The notes beneath the pieces were generated by a model. The model was not told the DNA's origin and did not search any database. It was given only the letters and a program-made list of their open reading frames with translations. A program made the translations under genes and the position numbers. This document shows, piece by piece, positions 39,073 through 49,263 of a DNA stretch of 64,000 nt. The stretch's first letter is position 1; every line of letters begins with the position of its first letter. The stretch is from Polyangiales bacterium. GTDB taxonomy: Bacteria > Myxococcota_A > Polyangia > Polyangiales > Ga0077539. The DNA is taken from NCBI GenBank assembly GCA_044229975.1, contig JBGARZ010000006.1:128001-192000 (forward strand), read 5' to 3'.

Positions 39073-39534
39073 AGGCGGGAGAGCGTCGAGAGCGGCGATC
39101 ACCCGCGCGCGATCCCAGGGACGTGACGTCTCGCGCGCGACGCGCAGCAGTGCGAGGCAGTCGTCGAGGTCGACCTCGCTGAGGCGCCCCAGCTTCAGCA
39201 GGATGAACAACGTCACCGTCGGCCGATGGATGCGCGCCCCGCGCCCCTGACGAAGCAGCTCCATCTCCTCTGTCCAGCCAGGGATGCGGTGCACGAAGAA
39301 GTCGGCGGCCGAGTTGAACGCCTCGGGGCTCAGCCCAAGACGCTCGGCCAGCGCCAACAGCGCGAGACGGTCTTCCCGGGAGCCGCGCAGGCTGACCAGG
39401 TCGACGTCCTCGGTCACGCGCTCGGAGAGGAACCACACGGCCGCAGCAGCCCCGCCCACGAGCAACCAGTCGCCCTCAAGCGAGTCGGTCGCTGCGTCGA
39501 TGATCGCGTCGATGCGCCCGCGGTCGAGGGACAT
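38992..39534 (-). CDS. Minimal nucleotidyltransferase (DUF6036/AbiEii-like)
   Basis: LLVGGAA, RVTEDVD, LLKL.R..E.DL.D. Confidence 0.75.
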   Translation of the reverse strand: MSLDRGRIDAIIDAATDSLEGDWLLVGGAAAAVWFLSERVTEDVDLVSLRGSREDRLALLALAERLGLSPEAFNSAADFFVHRIPGWTEEMELLRQGRGARIHRPTVTLFILLKLGRLSEVDLDDCLALLRVARETSRPWDRARVIAALDALPPSVDATLIERRRTLRAQLADAATELAT

Positions 39535-39552
39535 GCGATACGCTTAGGCGCG

Positions 39553-39867
39553 ATGCGCGACCCGTGGCAAATCCTTCACCGCGCGGGCCTTCCTCTCGCG
39601 GGCGAACGCGACGGCACGCCGCCATCCGAGTGGGAGATCGCCGACGCAACGCGCGCGATCATCGCTACCGAGCCCGCGGGGCGCGAACGAGACGCACTCG
39701 TGGCGTTCATCGACGCGTGGCGCCAGCACTGGCCGACGTCGTTTGCGCGCTCACTTCGCGACGACGCGGCGATGGTCGCGCGCTGGTCGGACTCGCATCG
39801 CGGCGACGAAGGCCGACGGCTGAAGCTGCGCCGCATCGCCCTCGCGAACCTCGCGACGACCCTGTGA
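39553..39867 (+). CDS. Small helical hypothetical protein
   Basis: 104-aa ORF filling the gap between the NTase and the ATPase. Confidence 0.55.
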   Translation: MRDPWQILHRAGLPLAGERDGTPPSEWEIADATRAIIATEPAGRERDALVAFIDAWRQHWPTSFARSLRDDAAMVARWSDSHRGDEGRRLKLRRIALANLATTL

Positions 39868-39925
39868 ACGGGCGCATCACGCATCGGGTTGACGCCCATC
39901 GCAAGTTGGCGCTCCATCCGCTCCC

Positions 39926-41251
39926 ATGCGCGTAGACCGCCTGTACCTGAAGGACACGGGACCCTTTCGCGAGCTCGACGTCGTCTTTCAGCCGAAGGTC
40001 GCGCAAGACAAAGCCGACCTGCACCTCTTCGTCGGCCCCAACGGCAGCGGCAAGACCACCCTGCTCTACGCGATCGCGGAGATGTTCTCGCTGGGACAGC
40101 TCGGCCCGTCTCGTCTCCAAAGACGGATGACGACCGGGCAGGCAAAGGTCGCCACCAGGATCGACGGGAGCACGGCCCTCCTCTTGGCCCAATCGGAGAC
40201 GGTCGGTCTTCGTTCTGGAACTGATCCGTGGAGCGACGTTCGGGTCGGCTGGGTCGGTGGAATCAACGGGGCGATCCTCTTTTCCGATGTCAGCGGGCAT
40301 TTGCGAAGTGTCCAGCTCACGTCCACCACCCCCTTGGATGCCAGCCACCGCTTCGCCTTCGCCGCATTCGCCTACGCCGGGCAGCGCGTGCTCACCGACT
40401 ACAGCCTCACCGCCATCGTCGAGCCATCACTCAGCCCCTTCGCCAACGCCCTCTCGTTCACGCACACCGTCGACACCAGCCAGCTCGCGCAGTGGATTGC
40501 CAACTCCCACGCGAAGGAAGCCTTCGCCCTCCGCGACGGCAACGAACTCGCGGCTCGCCGCTATGCCGAGGCCCGGAGCCACATCGAGAACGCCGCGCGC
40601 GAAGTAGTCGGCGAGGACGTGCGCTTCGAGTTCCGCTACGAGCCCCTCGGCGTCACCCTCCGCCGCGGGCCCACGACGCTCCCTTTCGACCTCCTCCCCG
40701 ACGGAGTGAAGTCCATCCTGAGCTGGCTCGCCGACCTCCTGATGCGCCTCGACCGCATCCCCTGGGTCGACGACACCCCGCTGCTCCAGCGGCGGTTTCT
40801 CCTCCTCCTCGACGAGGTCGACATCCACCTGCACCCCGCGTGGCAGCGCAAGGTGCTGCCGATGGTGCAGCACCTCTTCCCGAACGCGCAGGTCTTCGTC
40901 ACCACACACTCGCCCTTCGTCGTCGCCTCCGTCTCCGACGCCTGGGTCTACCCGCTATCTGTGCGCGATGGCGTCGCCACCATGGGCGCCGCAGTCCCTA
41001 CGCAGGCCGGCACCAGCTATGCGGCTGTCACGAAGTCGATCTTCGGCGTCGAGGAGGACTTCGACGTCGAGACCGAAGCCGGGCTCTCGAATTTCTACGC
41101 GCTCCGCAACGCCGTACTCGGCGGCGACCGCTCGCGGTACGCCGAGCTTCGGTCGGCCGCCAGCGCTCTTGCCGCGCGCGGCGTTGAGGTCGAGGACATC
41201 GTCGCCAGCGAGGTCGCGCAGGTCGACGCTCAGCTCCGGGCCATGCCGTGA
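39926..41251 (+). CDS. ABC-type AAA ATPase (PtuA/Septu-like)
   Basis: GPNGSGKT, LPDG signature, LLLDEVDIHLHPAWQ, TTHSP. Confidence 0.9.
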   Translation: MRVDRLYLKDTGPFRELDVVFQPKVAQDKADLHLFVGPNGSGKTTLLYAIAEMFSLGQLGPSRLQRRMTTGQAKVATRIDGSTALLLAQSETVGLRSGTDPWSDVRVGWVGGINGAILFSDVSGHLRSVQLTSTTPLDASHRFAFAAFAYAGQRVLTDYSLTAIVEPSLSPFANALSFTHTVDTSQLAQWIANSHAKEAFALRDGNELAARRYAEARSHIENAAREVVGEDVRFEFRYEPLGVTLRRGPTTLPFDLLPDGVKSILSWLADLLMRLDRIPWVDDTPLLQRRFLLLLDEVDIHLHPAWQRKVLPMVQHLFPNAQVFVTTHSPFVVASVSDAWVYPLSVRDGVATMGAAVPTQAGTSYAAVTKSIFGVEEDFDVETEAGLSNFYALRNAVLGGDRSRYAELRSAASALAARGVEVEDIVASEVAQVDAQLRAMP

Positions 41252-41874
41252 CCCCGCTGCATCGACCCGCACCGCCCGGTTTTCTCTCCGGGAAGGCGGC
41301 TGACTGGGGACGGGAGTTTGCTGCGCGGCGAGCGGCCCAACCCGGGTATGCCTTCCAATGGCGCGAGCACGAGGGCGTCGCGGTGAACCACCTGCTCTTG
41401 CGTGTACTGCTCGCGATGACTCGCGGTCACTGCGCTTACTGCGACCACTTCCAGCTCGGCGAAGGGTCCCGCGAGACCATCGACCACTTCCGACCGAAGG
41501 GCGGAGCCCGCGGGGCGCCGGAGCTCGCCTACGACTGGGAGAACCTCTATCCCGCATGCGACCTGTGCCAGCAGATCAAGGGCGACCACTTCGACGATGC
41601 GCTCCCGAGGCCCGACTCCGTAGGCTACGAGTTCCGGCGCTACTTCCTCTTCAACAGCCGCAACGGCGACATCGAGGTCAACCCGACGGCCTCCGACGCG
41701 GACCGGCGAAGCGCGTCGCTCGCGATCTCCATCTTCGGGTTCAACGAAGGCGTCAGACCCAGCGCACGCAAGCGTTGGTTCGCGAGCCACTTCGCGCCTC
41801 GTCGATGGTCTGCCCGCCGTGCGTCAGCGCTGGACACGCTGCCGTACCGCTTCCTTGCGCCGACGACCCTCTGA
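41248..41874 (+). CDS. HNH endonuclease (PtuB/TIGR02646-like)
   Basis: CAYC, IDHFRPK, AYDWENL..AC..C...K; GTGA overlap with the ATPase. Confidence 0.9.
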   Translation: MTPLHRPAPPGFLSGKAADWGREFAARRAAQPGYAFQWREHEGVAVNHLLLRVLLAMTRGHCAYCDHFQLGEGSRETIDHFRPKGGARGAPELAYDWENLYPACDLCQQIKGDHFDDALPRPDSVGYEFRRYFLFNSRNGDIEVNPTASDADRRSASLAISIFGFNEGVRPSARKRWFASHFAPRRWSARRASALDTLPYRFLAPTTL

Positions 41875-43179
41875 TCACCCGCCCCCTCGACCCCGCCGCG
41901 CAAACACCACCGCCCCCACGGCCAGCACCACTCCGAACCCCGCGAGCACCTTCGGCGAGCCCACTCCCACGCTCACCAGCGACACCGCCGACAGCACCAT
42001 CGCCACGCGCGCCATCCACTCTCCACCCGGCGCCCTGAACGGCCGCTCCAGCTCCGGCTCACTCCGCCGCAGCTTCAGCACCGCGGCCATGCTCACCAGG
42101 TACACCCCGAGCGCGCCCAGCACCGCCACCGTGATGAGCTCATCCGTCTTCCCCGAAAGCGTCGCCGCCACGCCCACCAGCGCCGACGCCCCGATGGCCC
42201 ACACCGGCGTCTGCCACCGCGGGTGCAACCCCGCCAACCCTTTGGGCAACAGCCCTTCCCGCGCCAGCGCGTACACCTGCCGTGAGCAGCCCATCACGAT
42301 GCCGTGGAAGCTCGCGACCAAGCCCAGCAGCCCCAGGTACACCATCAGGTGCGTCATCGGGTGGCCCGGCGAGAGCACCCGTCCGAGCGCGCGCGGCAGC
42401 GGCGAGTCGTCCTCCTGCAACGCCTGCCATGGCATCACGCCGCAGGTACAGATGAGCGTCCCGAGCGCCAGCGCCACCAGCGTCACGATGCCCGCGATGT
42501 AGCCGCGAGGGATGTCCCGCTTCGGGTCGACCACCTCCTCGGCGCTCATCGCCACGCCCTCCAACCCCAGATAGAACCAGATCGCGAACGGCAGCGCCGC
42601 GAACACACCCGCCACGCCCTGCGGAAACCACGGCGTCGCCAGCAGCCGCGACGCCTCCACGTGCGGCGCCGTCAGCCCACAGAACAACACCAGCTCGAAG
42701 GTCGCCAGCACCGTCACCACCAGCTCGATGGTCGCCGCGAGCGACACGCCCACCGCGTTGACGATGCCAAACACCACGAAGGCTCCCACCGCCACCGCGT
42801 TGACCGGCAACGACGGCGCTCGGAGGTGCACGTACGACCCGATGGCCCGCGCGATGGCCGGTGGTGCGAAGAGAAACTCCAGCAGCGTCGCCGCCCCCGC
42901 GAGGTACGCGCCCCACGAACCAAACGCCCGCCGCGCATACGCAAAGGGCCCGCCCGCGTGGGGAATCGCCGCGGACAGTTCGGTGTACGGGAAGATGAAG
43001 CACACGTAGAGCACGGTGATCGCGAGCGTGGCGATGCCCATGCCGACGACGCCGCCGCGGGCGAGGCCGTAGTTCCATCCGAAGTAGTCGCCGGAGATGA
43101 CCAGGCCCACCGCGATGGACCACAGGTGCAACGGCCGCAGCACCCGCTTGAGCGCAGGCGCCTCTGCCTCGCTCGTCAC
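41875..43179 (-). CDS. eat: Ethanolamine permease (APC family)
   Basis: LWSIAVGLVISGDYFGWNYG, IPHAGGPFAYARRAFG, PFAIWF; coupled to eutL. Confidence 0.9.
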   Translation of the reverse strand: MTSEAEAPALKRVLRPLHLWSIAVGLVISGDYFGWNYGLARGGVVGMGIATLAITVLYVCFIFPYTELSAAIPHAGGPFAYARRAFGSWGAYLAGAATLLEFLFAPPAIARAIGSYVHLRAPSLPVNAVAVGAFVVFGIVNAVGVSLAATIELVVTVLATFELVLFCGLTAPHVEASRLLATPWFPQGVAGVFAALPFAIWFYLGLEGVAMSAEEVVDPKRDIPRGYIAGIVTLVALALGTLICTCGVMPWQALQEDDSPLPRALGRVLSPGHPMTHLMVYLGLLGLVASFHGIVMGCSRQVYALAREGLLPKGLAGLHPRWQTPVWAIGASALVGVAATLSGKTDELITVAVLGALGVYLVSMAAVLKLRRSEPELERPFRAPGGEWMARVAMVLSAVSLVSVGVGSPKVLAGFGVVLAVGAVVFARRGRGGG

Positions 43180-43835
43180 GTGCTGCTCGGCCTCGCCGCC
43201 ACGTCCACCACGGCGCCCTCGAAGGCGTGCGCCGCTGCCTCCACGGCGTCGAGCGTCCCGGTCACCCACGCGCCCGCGAAGTTGGTCTCCGTCGGCGGTC
43301 CGAAGAACTTCACCAGCGCCACGTTGGACGCCTTCAGCGCCGCATCGACGCCCACCAGCGCCTCGACCGGCGGCGCGATGAGATATCCGAAGGGCACGCC
43401 GGGAGACACGCCCGCTTGCGCTGCGAGGTAGCGCCCGACGCTCCCGATCACCGTCGGAAACACCGTCACGCCCTCTTCGTTGACCGAATAGAACGCGAAC
43501 AGATGCTCCAGCGCGAAGCGCACCGCCGCGACACCCTGCGTGATGCTCTCCGGGTCGTCCGCCGCGAGCACGCCGAGAATCTCTCCCGACAACGGCCCCG
43601 AGGCGTGCGCGCTCCCCGCATAGAACGACCGCGCGTAGATCACCTCCACGTCGGCCATCTTCGTCGCGTGGTCGAGCGCCGCGTAGAGCGAGTCGTCCTG
43701 GTCGCAGGTCATCAGCGCCAGCGAGCGACCGCCCGCCACCGCCGGCAAGCCCAGCGCCGTGCACAGCCGCGGGTCGGCGTGCGGCAACACGCGACACGAC
43801 AACAGCCGCGCCGGGAGTCGCTTGAGGCCGCTCAC
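43176..43835 (-). CDS. eutL: BMC tandem-domain shell protein EutL
   Basis: AALDHATKMADVEV, SFYAG, GEILG, YLIAPP, FFGPPTETNF. Confidence 0.92.
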   Translation of the reverse strand: MSGLKRLPARLLSCRVLPHADPRLCTALGLPAVAGGRSLALMTCDQDDSLYAALDHATKMADVEVIYARSFYAGSAHASGPLSGEILGVLAADDPESITQGVAAVRFALEHLFAFYSVNEEGVTVFPTVIGSVGRYLAAQAGVSPGVPFGYLIAPPVEALVGVDAALKASNVALVKFFGPPTETNFAGAWVTGTLDAVEAAAHAFEGAVVDVAARPSST

Positions 43836-44713
43836 GCGCGCCCCCAGCCGATGCCCAGCGACACGCCGCCGCGGCCCGTCACGAAGGCCCGCTTGAGAAT
43901 CGCCACGCTGTCGTTGGCCGCCTCGTGCGCCGCGATGCCGATGGGGCGAACGTTGGAGATGCAGTTCTTCTCGGCGTTGTCCTGGGAGAGCTTCGGGTTG
44001 ACCGCGAGGTACACCGACAGCGAATCGCCCGTCCCCAACCCCGGCCGCTCGCCCACCAGGATCACCGTCGAGCGCGCCTTCGTCAGCACGCCGATCTCGT
44101 CGGCCACCGCGATGCGCGCGTACTTCACATAGAACCCCAAGCCCATCCGCCAGCCCGCCGCCGCGAAGGCCGAGCGCAGCGCCGCGAGGGTGCCCGCGCC
44201 GTTCTGCACGATGGCGTTGGGGGAGAGCCCGTCGCCCACGATGATCTGCACGTCGGGCGCGGTGCCCGCGTGGGCCTCGACGGCCGCGCGCGACACGTCG
44301 TCGAGCCGCCGTCCCTCGTTGGGGAAGAGCAGGTAGTGGTTGCGGTCGGTGCAGCGCGTTCGTAGTGAGATGAGCTCGTTGCGCGCGGCCCAGTCGTCGG
44401 GCACCTCGCTGTGCACGGCGTCGCGCGCGTCGGCCTGACCTTCGCGCGCGCGGAGGTAGTCGTCGGTGCGCAGCCGGTTGCCCGCGCGGCCCATGGCGAT
44501 CTGCGACGAGGTGAGCGCCACCAGCCGTGGGAGCATCGCCTCGTAGATGGGCCGCTCGACCGCGTGGACGGGCCGCGGATCAGCCGTGCACGAGTGGCCC
44601 TCGTCGCCACCGCACGGAGCCGAGCGCGCGACGACGGCGGCCGCGTCCTCCTCCGCCAGCCGACGCACCACGGCGTCGACGATGGACTGGAGCGTGGACT
44701 CGTCGAGCTTCAC
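43832..44713 (-). CDS. eutC: Ethanolamine ammonia-lyase light chain
   Basis: ARDAV, DVQIIVGDGLS, VGERPGL, NCISN; N-terminal encapsulation peptide; GTG start inferred. Confidence 0.92.
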   Translation of the reverse strand: MKLDESTLQSIVDAVVRRLAEEDAAAVVARSAPCGGDEGHSCTADPRPVHAVERPIYEAMLPRLVALTSSQIAMGRAGNRLRTDDYLRAREGQADARDAVHSEVPDDWAARNELISLRTRCTDRNHYLLFPNEGRRLDDVSRAAVEAHAGTAPDVQIIVGDGLSPNAIVQNGAGTLAALRSAFAAAGWRMGLGFYVKYARIAVADEIGVLTKARSTVILVGERPGLGTGDSLSVYLAVNPKLSQDNAEKNCISNVRPIGIAAHEAANDSVAILKRAFVTGRGGVSLGIGWGRA

Positions 44714-44792
44714 GGCACCGATTGGTACGACAGCCGACGCCCCGTGGAAAGCACGCTTGCGCCGTAGGGCGCCCGACCCGACACTGGCGGCA

Positions 44793-46421
44793 ATGGCACC
44801 GGGCATCGACCTCTCGCCGGGCGCGATCATCGGTCGTGACTTCCGCGTGGTGCGCCCGCTGGCCGAAGGCGGCATGGGCGCCGTGTACGTGGTCGAGCAG
44901 ATCAGCACCGCCAAGCCGCGCGCGCTCAAGGTGATGCATGCCCACTTCGCGGCCGACCCGCGCAGCCGCGAGCGCTTCGTGCAGGAGGCGCGCGCGGGCG
45001 GACAGGTCGCCAGCGACCACGTCGTCGAGGTGGTCACCGCGGGCGTCGACGAGGCCACCGGAACGCCATGGATGGTCATGGAGTTTCTCGACGGCGAGAC
45101 GCTCGACGCGGCCATCACCCGGCGCGGCGGACTGCCGATGGATGAGGCGTGGGAGGTGTTCTCGCAGTTCGGGCACGCGCTCGCGGCGGCGCATGCGGTG
45201 GGCATCGTTCATCGCGACCTGAAGCCCGAGAACATCGTGCTCGCGACACCCCGCCGCGCGGGCGCGTTGTTCACGGTGAAGGTGCTGGATTTCGGCATCG
45301 CCAAGCTGCTCACCGAGCGCGCGGGCACCAACACGCAGGCCATCGGATCGCCCCACTGGATGGCCCCCGAGCAGACCATGGAGGGGACGCCCATCGGGCC
45401 CCCGACGGACGTCTGGGCGCTCGGCCTCATCGCGTACCACACCCTCACCGGAACCGAGTTCTGGAAGCACGCCAACGACACCGACGGAAACATCGTTCCG
45501 TTGATGGTGGAGATCGGCGCGAAGCCCATTCCACCAGCATCGGTACGCGCCACGGAGCAGGGCCGCGCGCACCTCCTGCCGACGGGTTTCGACGCGTGGT
45601 TCGGGCGCTGCGTGACCCGCGACATCGACGCTCGCTTCGTCGACGGCGCGGAGGCTACGGCGGCGCTGCTCCCCATGCTGCGCGCCCCGAAGCCGCAGCC
45701 CCAACCCCACGCAGTCACCGAGGCGGCGATCGCCTTCGCGCCGACGGTGGGTCAGCCGGTGTACTCGCCGACCGCCGTGACGCCGCCCGAATCCACGGGG
45801 CCGGTGCTCACCGCTGCGATGCCCGCGGCGCCGCCTCCCGTGGTGCCGTGGAGCGCGCCACCACCGCCACCACCACCTCCTCCTCCTACTTCGCTGATCA
45901 TCGCGCCGAGCCCGCAGTTGGTGCTCAAGCGACGATCGAGCGGTCGATGGTGGGTGCTCGCGGTGTTCGTCCTGGTGCTGGGCGCGGGGCTCGCGTGGGC
46001 CTTCACGATGTACGAGCCCGACTTCGGACCGGCGACCCCTGCCGTGACGCAACCCCTGGTGACACCACCGGCCGCGGAGATCGTTCCCTTCGTGGCGGGG
46101 CAGCGGTGGGCGGGGAGCTACACCTGCGGCCAGGAGACGACCCCGCTGGTGCTGCGCATCATCAGCGTCACGGGGCTGCGCGTCGACGGGCTCTTCGAGT
46201 TCACGCACGCGTCGGACGGCGAGGGCGCGTACCGCGTGAGCGGGTCGTACATCGCGGCGCAGCGACGCCTGCCGCTGGAGCCGGGCGAGTGGGTGCGCCA
46301 GCCGTCGGACTACGTCGCCGTCGCCGTGGACGGAACCGTCTCCCCCGACGGCAGCACCTACGCCGGTCGCATGGTGCACGCGTCGTGTTCGGGGTTCTCG
46401 GTGCGCCTCGGCCCCAACTGA
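44793..46421 (+). CDS. Membrane Ser/Thr kinase with extracytoplasmic domain
   Basis: EGGMGAVY, HRDLKPEN, DFG, WMAPEQ, Pro linker, TM helix. Confidence 0.95.
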   Translation: MAPGIDLSPGAIIGRDFRVVRPLAEGGMGAVYVVEQISTAKPRALKVMHAHFAADPRSRERFVQEARAGGQVASDHVVEVVTAGVDEATGTPWMVMEFLDGETLDAAITRRGGLPMDEAWEVFSQFGHALAAAHAVGIVHRDLKPENIVLATPRRAGALFTVKVLDFGIAKLLTERAGTNTQAIGSPHWMAPEQTMEGTPIGPPTDVWALGLIAYHTLTGTEFWKHANDTDGNIVPLMVEIGAKPIPPASVRATEQGRAHLLPTGFDAWFGRCVTRDIDARFVDGAEATAALLPMLRAPKPQPQPHAVTEAAIAFAPTVGQPVYSPTAVTPPESTGPVLTAAMPAAPPPVVPWSAPPPPPPPPPPTSLIIAPSPQLVLKRRSSGRWWVLAVFVLVLGAGLAWAFTMYEPDFGPATPAVTQPLVTPPAAEIVPFVAGQRWAGSYTCGQETTPLVLRIISVTGLRVDGLFEFTHASDGEGAYRVSGSYIAAQRRLPLEPGEWVRQPSDYVAVAVDGTVSPDGSTYAGRMVHASCSGFSVRLGPN

Positions 46422-46425
46422 GACG

Positions 46426-47253
46426 TCAGCGCTGGTCGACGGCGGGCGCGCACAGCTCGATCACGGCGCCGTCGAGCTTCGTCGCGTAGTAGCCGGTCGA
46501 CCACAGCTCGACGAGCGCCTCGAAGGGCGACGGCATCTCCGCGTAGGGGCGGCCCTTGATCTTCTCGGGCGCGCCGCGCGGCGTCTTGCCCACCGCGATG
46601 TCGCGCTCGACGAGCATGCGCCACACCTGACAGGCAGAGAGGTTGTGAAGGAAACCGTCACCGGGGGAGTTGCGGTCCCACATCCTCGCGCGCCACGGCG
46701 GGTCGTCTTCGCTCACGACGGGTGAACCCTGGCTGTGGTCGTCGCTCTTGCGCCCGGACACCCCGCGAGCGGCGCGCTCGACGGAGCGGATGATGCGCCG
46801 CCGGTCATCCTCGATCCATCGATTGAACACCTCCTCGGCGATGCGTCCCTCGATGTTGGCGGGCAGCGTCCCGGCGGTTGGTGCCCGCTTCGCCCGCGCG
46901 TCGATGACCTGCCAGCGCACGGCCTTCACGGGCTTCGCGCCCCACGGGCGGCACCGCGTCGCACACTCCAGGGCCATCGCCTCGGCGCGCAGGACACCCG
47001 TCGGATCGCTCGCGAGTGCCACCACAAGGTCGCGCTCGATCGGGTCACCGAAGCGCGCGGCGGGCGCGTCGAGCCACGCGCTCGGGACGAGATCACGCGA
47101 GGCCAGCGCTTCGAGGAGGCCAGCGTCGTCGTCGCGATAGGCGTCGGCAACGACGAGCACATCGGCCAGTTGAGGACGCTCGGGGTTGAGCACGCGGCGG
47201 GTGAGCGCGAGCCACTCCTGCTCCTGCGAATCGAGCGCGCGTGAGACTCCCAT
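46426..47253 (-). CDS. Hypothetical protein
   Basis: 275-aa ORF with normal composition filling the gap. Confidence 0.6.
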   Translation of the reverse strand: MGVSRALDSQEQEWLALTRRVLNPERPQLADVLVVADAYRDDDAGLLEALASRDLVPSAWLDAPAARFGDPIERDLVVALASDPTGVLRAEAMALECATRCRPWGAKPVKAVRWQVIDARAKRAPTAGTLPANIEGRIAEEVFNRWIEDDRRRIIRSVERAARGVSGRKSDDHSQGSPVVSEDDPPWRARMWDRNSPGDGFLHNLSACQVWRMLVERDIAVGKTPRGAPEKIKGRPYAEMPSPFEALVELWSTGYYATKLDGAVIELCAPAVDQR

Positions 47254-47347
47254 CGGGCGACCGACGGTACCACCCGCGCACAAACACCGGTTGACCCTGT
47301 CCCCGCGTCGCGCCGACGATCACGCCCCGAAGAGGAGCACTCCCATC

Positions 47348-48136
47348 ATGACGAGCATCTTTCGGAGCGACCTGCTGGCGGGCCGCGTGGCGCTGGTAAC
47401 CGGCGGCGGTTCGGGCATCGGCCGCGGCATCGCGGAGGCGTTGGTGGCGCACGGGGCGCGCGTGGGCATCGTGGGCCGCAACGCCGAGCGCCTCCAGGCG
47501 GCCGCGGCGGCGATGGGCGAGCGCTGCGTGGCGGCACCCGCGGACGTGCGCGACCCGAAGGCCATCGAGGCCGCGCTCGACGCGGTGACGGCCGCGCATG
47601 GGGCCATCGACATCGTGGTCAACAGCGCCGCGGGCAACTTCCTCGCGCCCGCGTCGCAGCTCTCGCCCAACGGGTTTCGCACCGTGATGGACATCGACGC
47701 CAACGGGACCTTCAACGTGTGCCGCGCGGTGTTCGATCGCTCGCTGCGCGACCGCGGCGGCGTGGTGCTCAACATCTCCGCGACGCTGCACTACGCGGCG
47801 ACGCCGTTGCAGATCCACGCGTCGGCGGCGAAGGCCGCGGTCGACGCCATCACCCGCACGCTCGCGGTGGAGTGGGGCCCTCTCGGCGTGCGCGTGGTGG
47901 GCCTCGCGCCGGGCCCCATCGACGGAACCGAAGGCATGAACAAGCTGGCGCCCGGCGACGCGAAGCAGCGGGCGATCGGGGCCATTCCGCTGCGTCGCTT
48001 CGGGAGCATCGCGGAGATGGCGACGATGGCGGTGTTCCTGGTGAGCGAGGGCGCGAGCTACGTGAGCGGCGAGACCGTGGTGGCCGACGGCGGCGCCTGG
48101 CTGGGCAGCTCGGCGGCGCTCTGGACCGGTGGGTGA
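47348..48136 (+). CDS. SDR, 2,4-dienoyl-CoA reductase (DECR2/SPS19-like)
   Basis: TGGGSGIG, AAGNFLAP, HASAAKA, PGPIDGTEG. Confidence 0.9.
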   Translation: MTSIFRSDLLAGRVALVTGGGSGIGRGIAEALVAHGARVGIVGRNAERLQAAAAAMGERCVAAPADVRDPKAIEAALDAVTAAHGAIDIVVNSAAGNFLAPASQLSPNGFRTVMDIDANGTFNVCRAVFDRSLRDRGGVVLNISATLHYAATPLQIHASAAKAAVDAITRTLAVEWGPLGVRVVGLAPGPIDGTEGMNKLAPGDAKQRAIGAIPLRRFGSIAEMATMAVFLVSEGASYVSGETVVADGGAWLGSSAALWTGG

Positions 48137-49031
48137 CTACTGGTTGAAGACTTCGGCCGCGGTCGTGGCGGTTGCCGCGCGATCGAGCCAGGTGTCGAGC
48201 GTCGCGACGTCGGTGCAGGAGAGCACCCGGACGCGCGTCTCTTCATCGACGACGATGCCGCGCCGCTCGATGACCCGCAGCAGCGCACGCGCCTCGCCTT
48301 CGAGCTCGCCTTCGAGCTTGCCTTTGACGGTCCCCCTTCGCTCGAATTCCTCGCGCAGGTCGCGCATGAGCGGTCCTTCGGTCACCTTGCTGAAATCCAT
48401 GAGCATCTCCCGTAGCTTCACGCGAAGCTCGTCACTGACCATGTTGATCATCCCGCGGACCAGTGAGTCCCGCAACGCAGCATCGGGCAACGCACGAGTG
48501 CTCACGATGGCCCGCCGCACGAGCCTCGCCGCCGCGTCGCTGCGCTGAGCGTGCACCGCCCACGCGGCGAACAACGCCAGCTCCGGTCTGCCCGTCGCGA
48601 GCAGCGCTTCAGCGTCCGCGCGGCGGAGGCACACCACCCTTGGCACGAGCGAGAGGCGCGTCCCGTGTGGTCCCTCGACGGTGGCAACCGTTCGGGCCCA
48701 ACGGGCGACGGCGCGCGAGTGCGTCACCACGAAGACGTCTCCCATCACCCCGCGTCGGTCGTACAGCACCGCCGCCACCAGCGGCCAGCGACGCCCTTTC
48801 GTCGCGTCGTCGTCGCGCTGTAGCTCCACCACCGCCCATGGCCCCGCGTCGTCGGGCGAGAGAAGCGTGTCGACCTGCACTGTATCCTGGGTCGACGACC
48901 CGCGCCGAGGTGTCGACTGCACGAGCCCCAGCCGGGAGAGCCCCCACGCCCATCTCGCGCAACAGCGCATCAAACCATTCCGGGTGCGACCGGATGAACT
49001 CCACCATCGTCTCGTGTGCGGCACTCGGCAT
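48137..49031 (-). pseudogene. Frameshifted Rpn/YhgA-like PD-(D/E)XK-type gene
   Basis: MPSAAHE..VVDP in one frame, VQVDTLL..VVELQ..RW in another (shift near 48880-48892); typical EG-repeat C-terminus. Confidence 0.65.
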
Positions 49032-49263
49032 CGTCGCCGCGGCGTAGCCCGACATCGCCGCCAAGCAACCCGACCGCGCACAGCTTGTGACATAGCCTGA
49101 CCCGCCACCGCGCACCATCCGACGCACCCGCTGCGTGATCCGCTGCGCTGGCCCCGCCACCCGCCATCGCGCGGCGCCATTGACCACCGCGCTCGCCATT
49201 CCTGTCCCCCCGCTTTCTCCCGCGCGTCCGCTCGCGGCACGCCCCTCGCTCTCATCGCTCCCG

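Noticed and set aside
39868..39925. Retron ncRNA upstream of the PtuAB-like pair
   Set aside because: Only 58 bp, no a1/a2 inverted repeats seen, and no reverse transcriptase in the window.
41875..45205. Long N-terminal extensions in the ORF track for eat and eutC (also eutE, malG, malK)
   Set aside because: They overlap neighbouring genes; downstream starts, several with coupled stop/start overlaps, fit family lengths.
45858..45890. CCA/CCT microsatellite
   Set aside because: Encodes an ordinary poly-Pro kinase linker.
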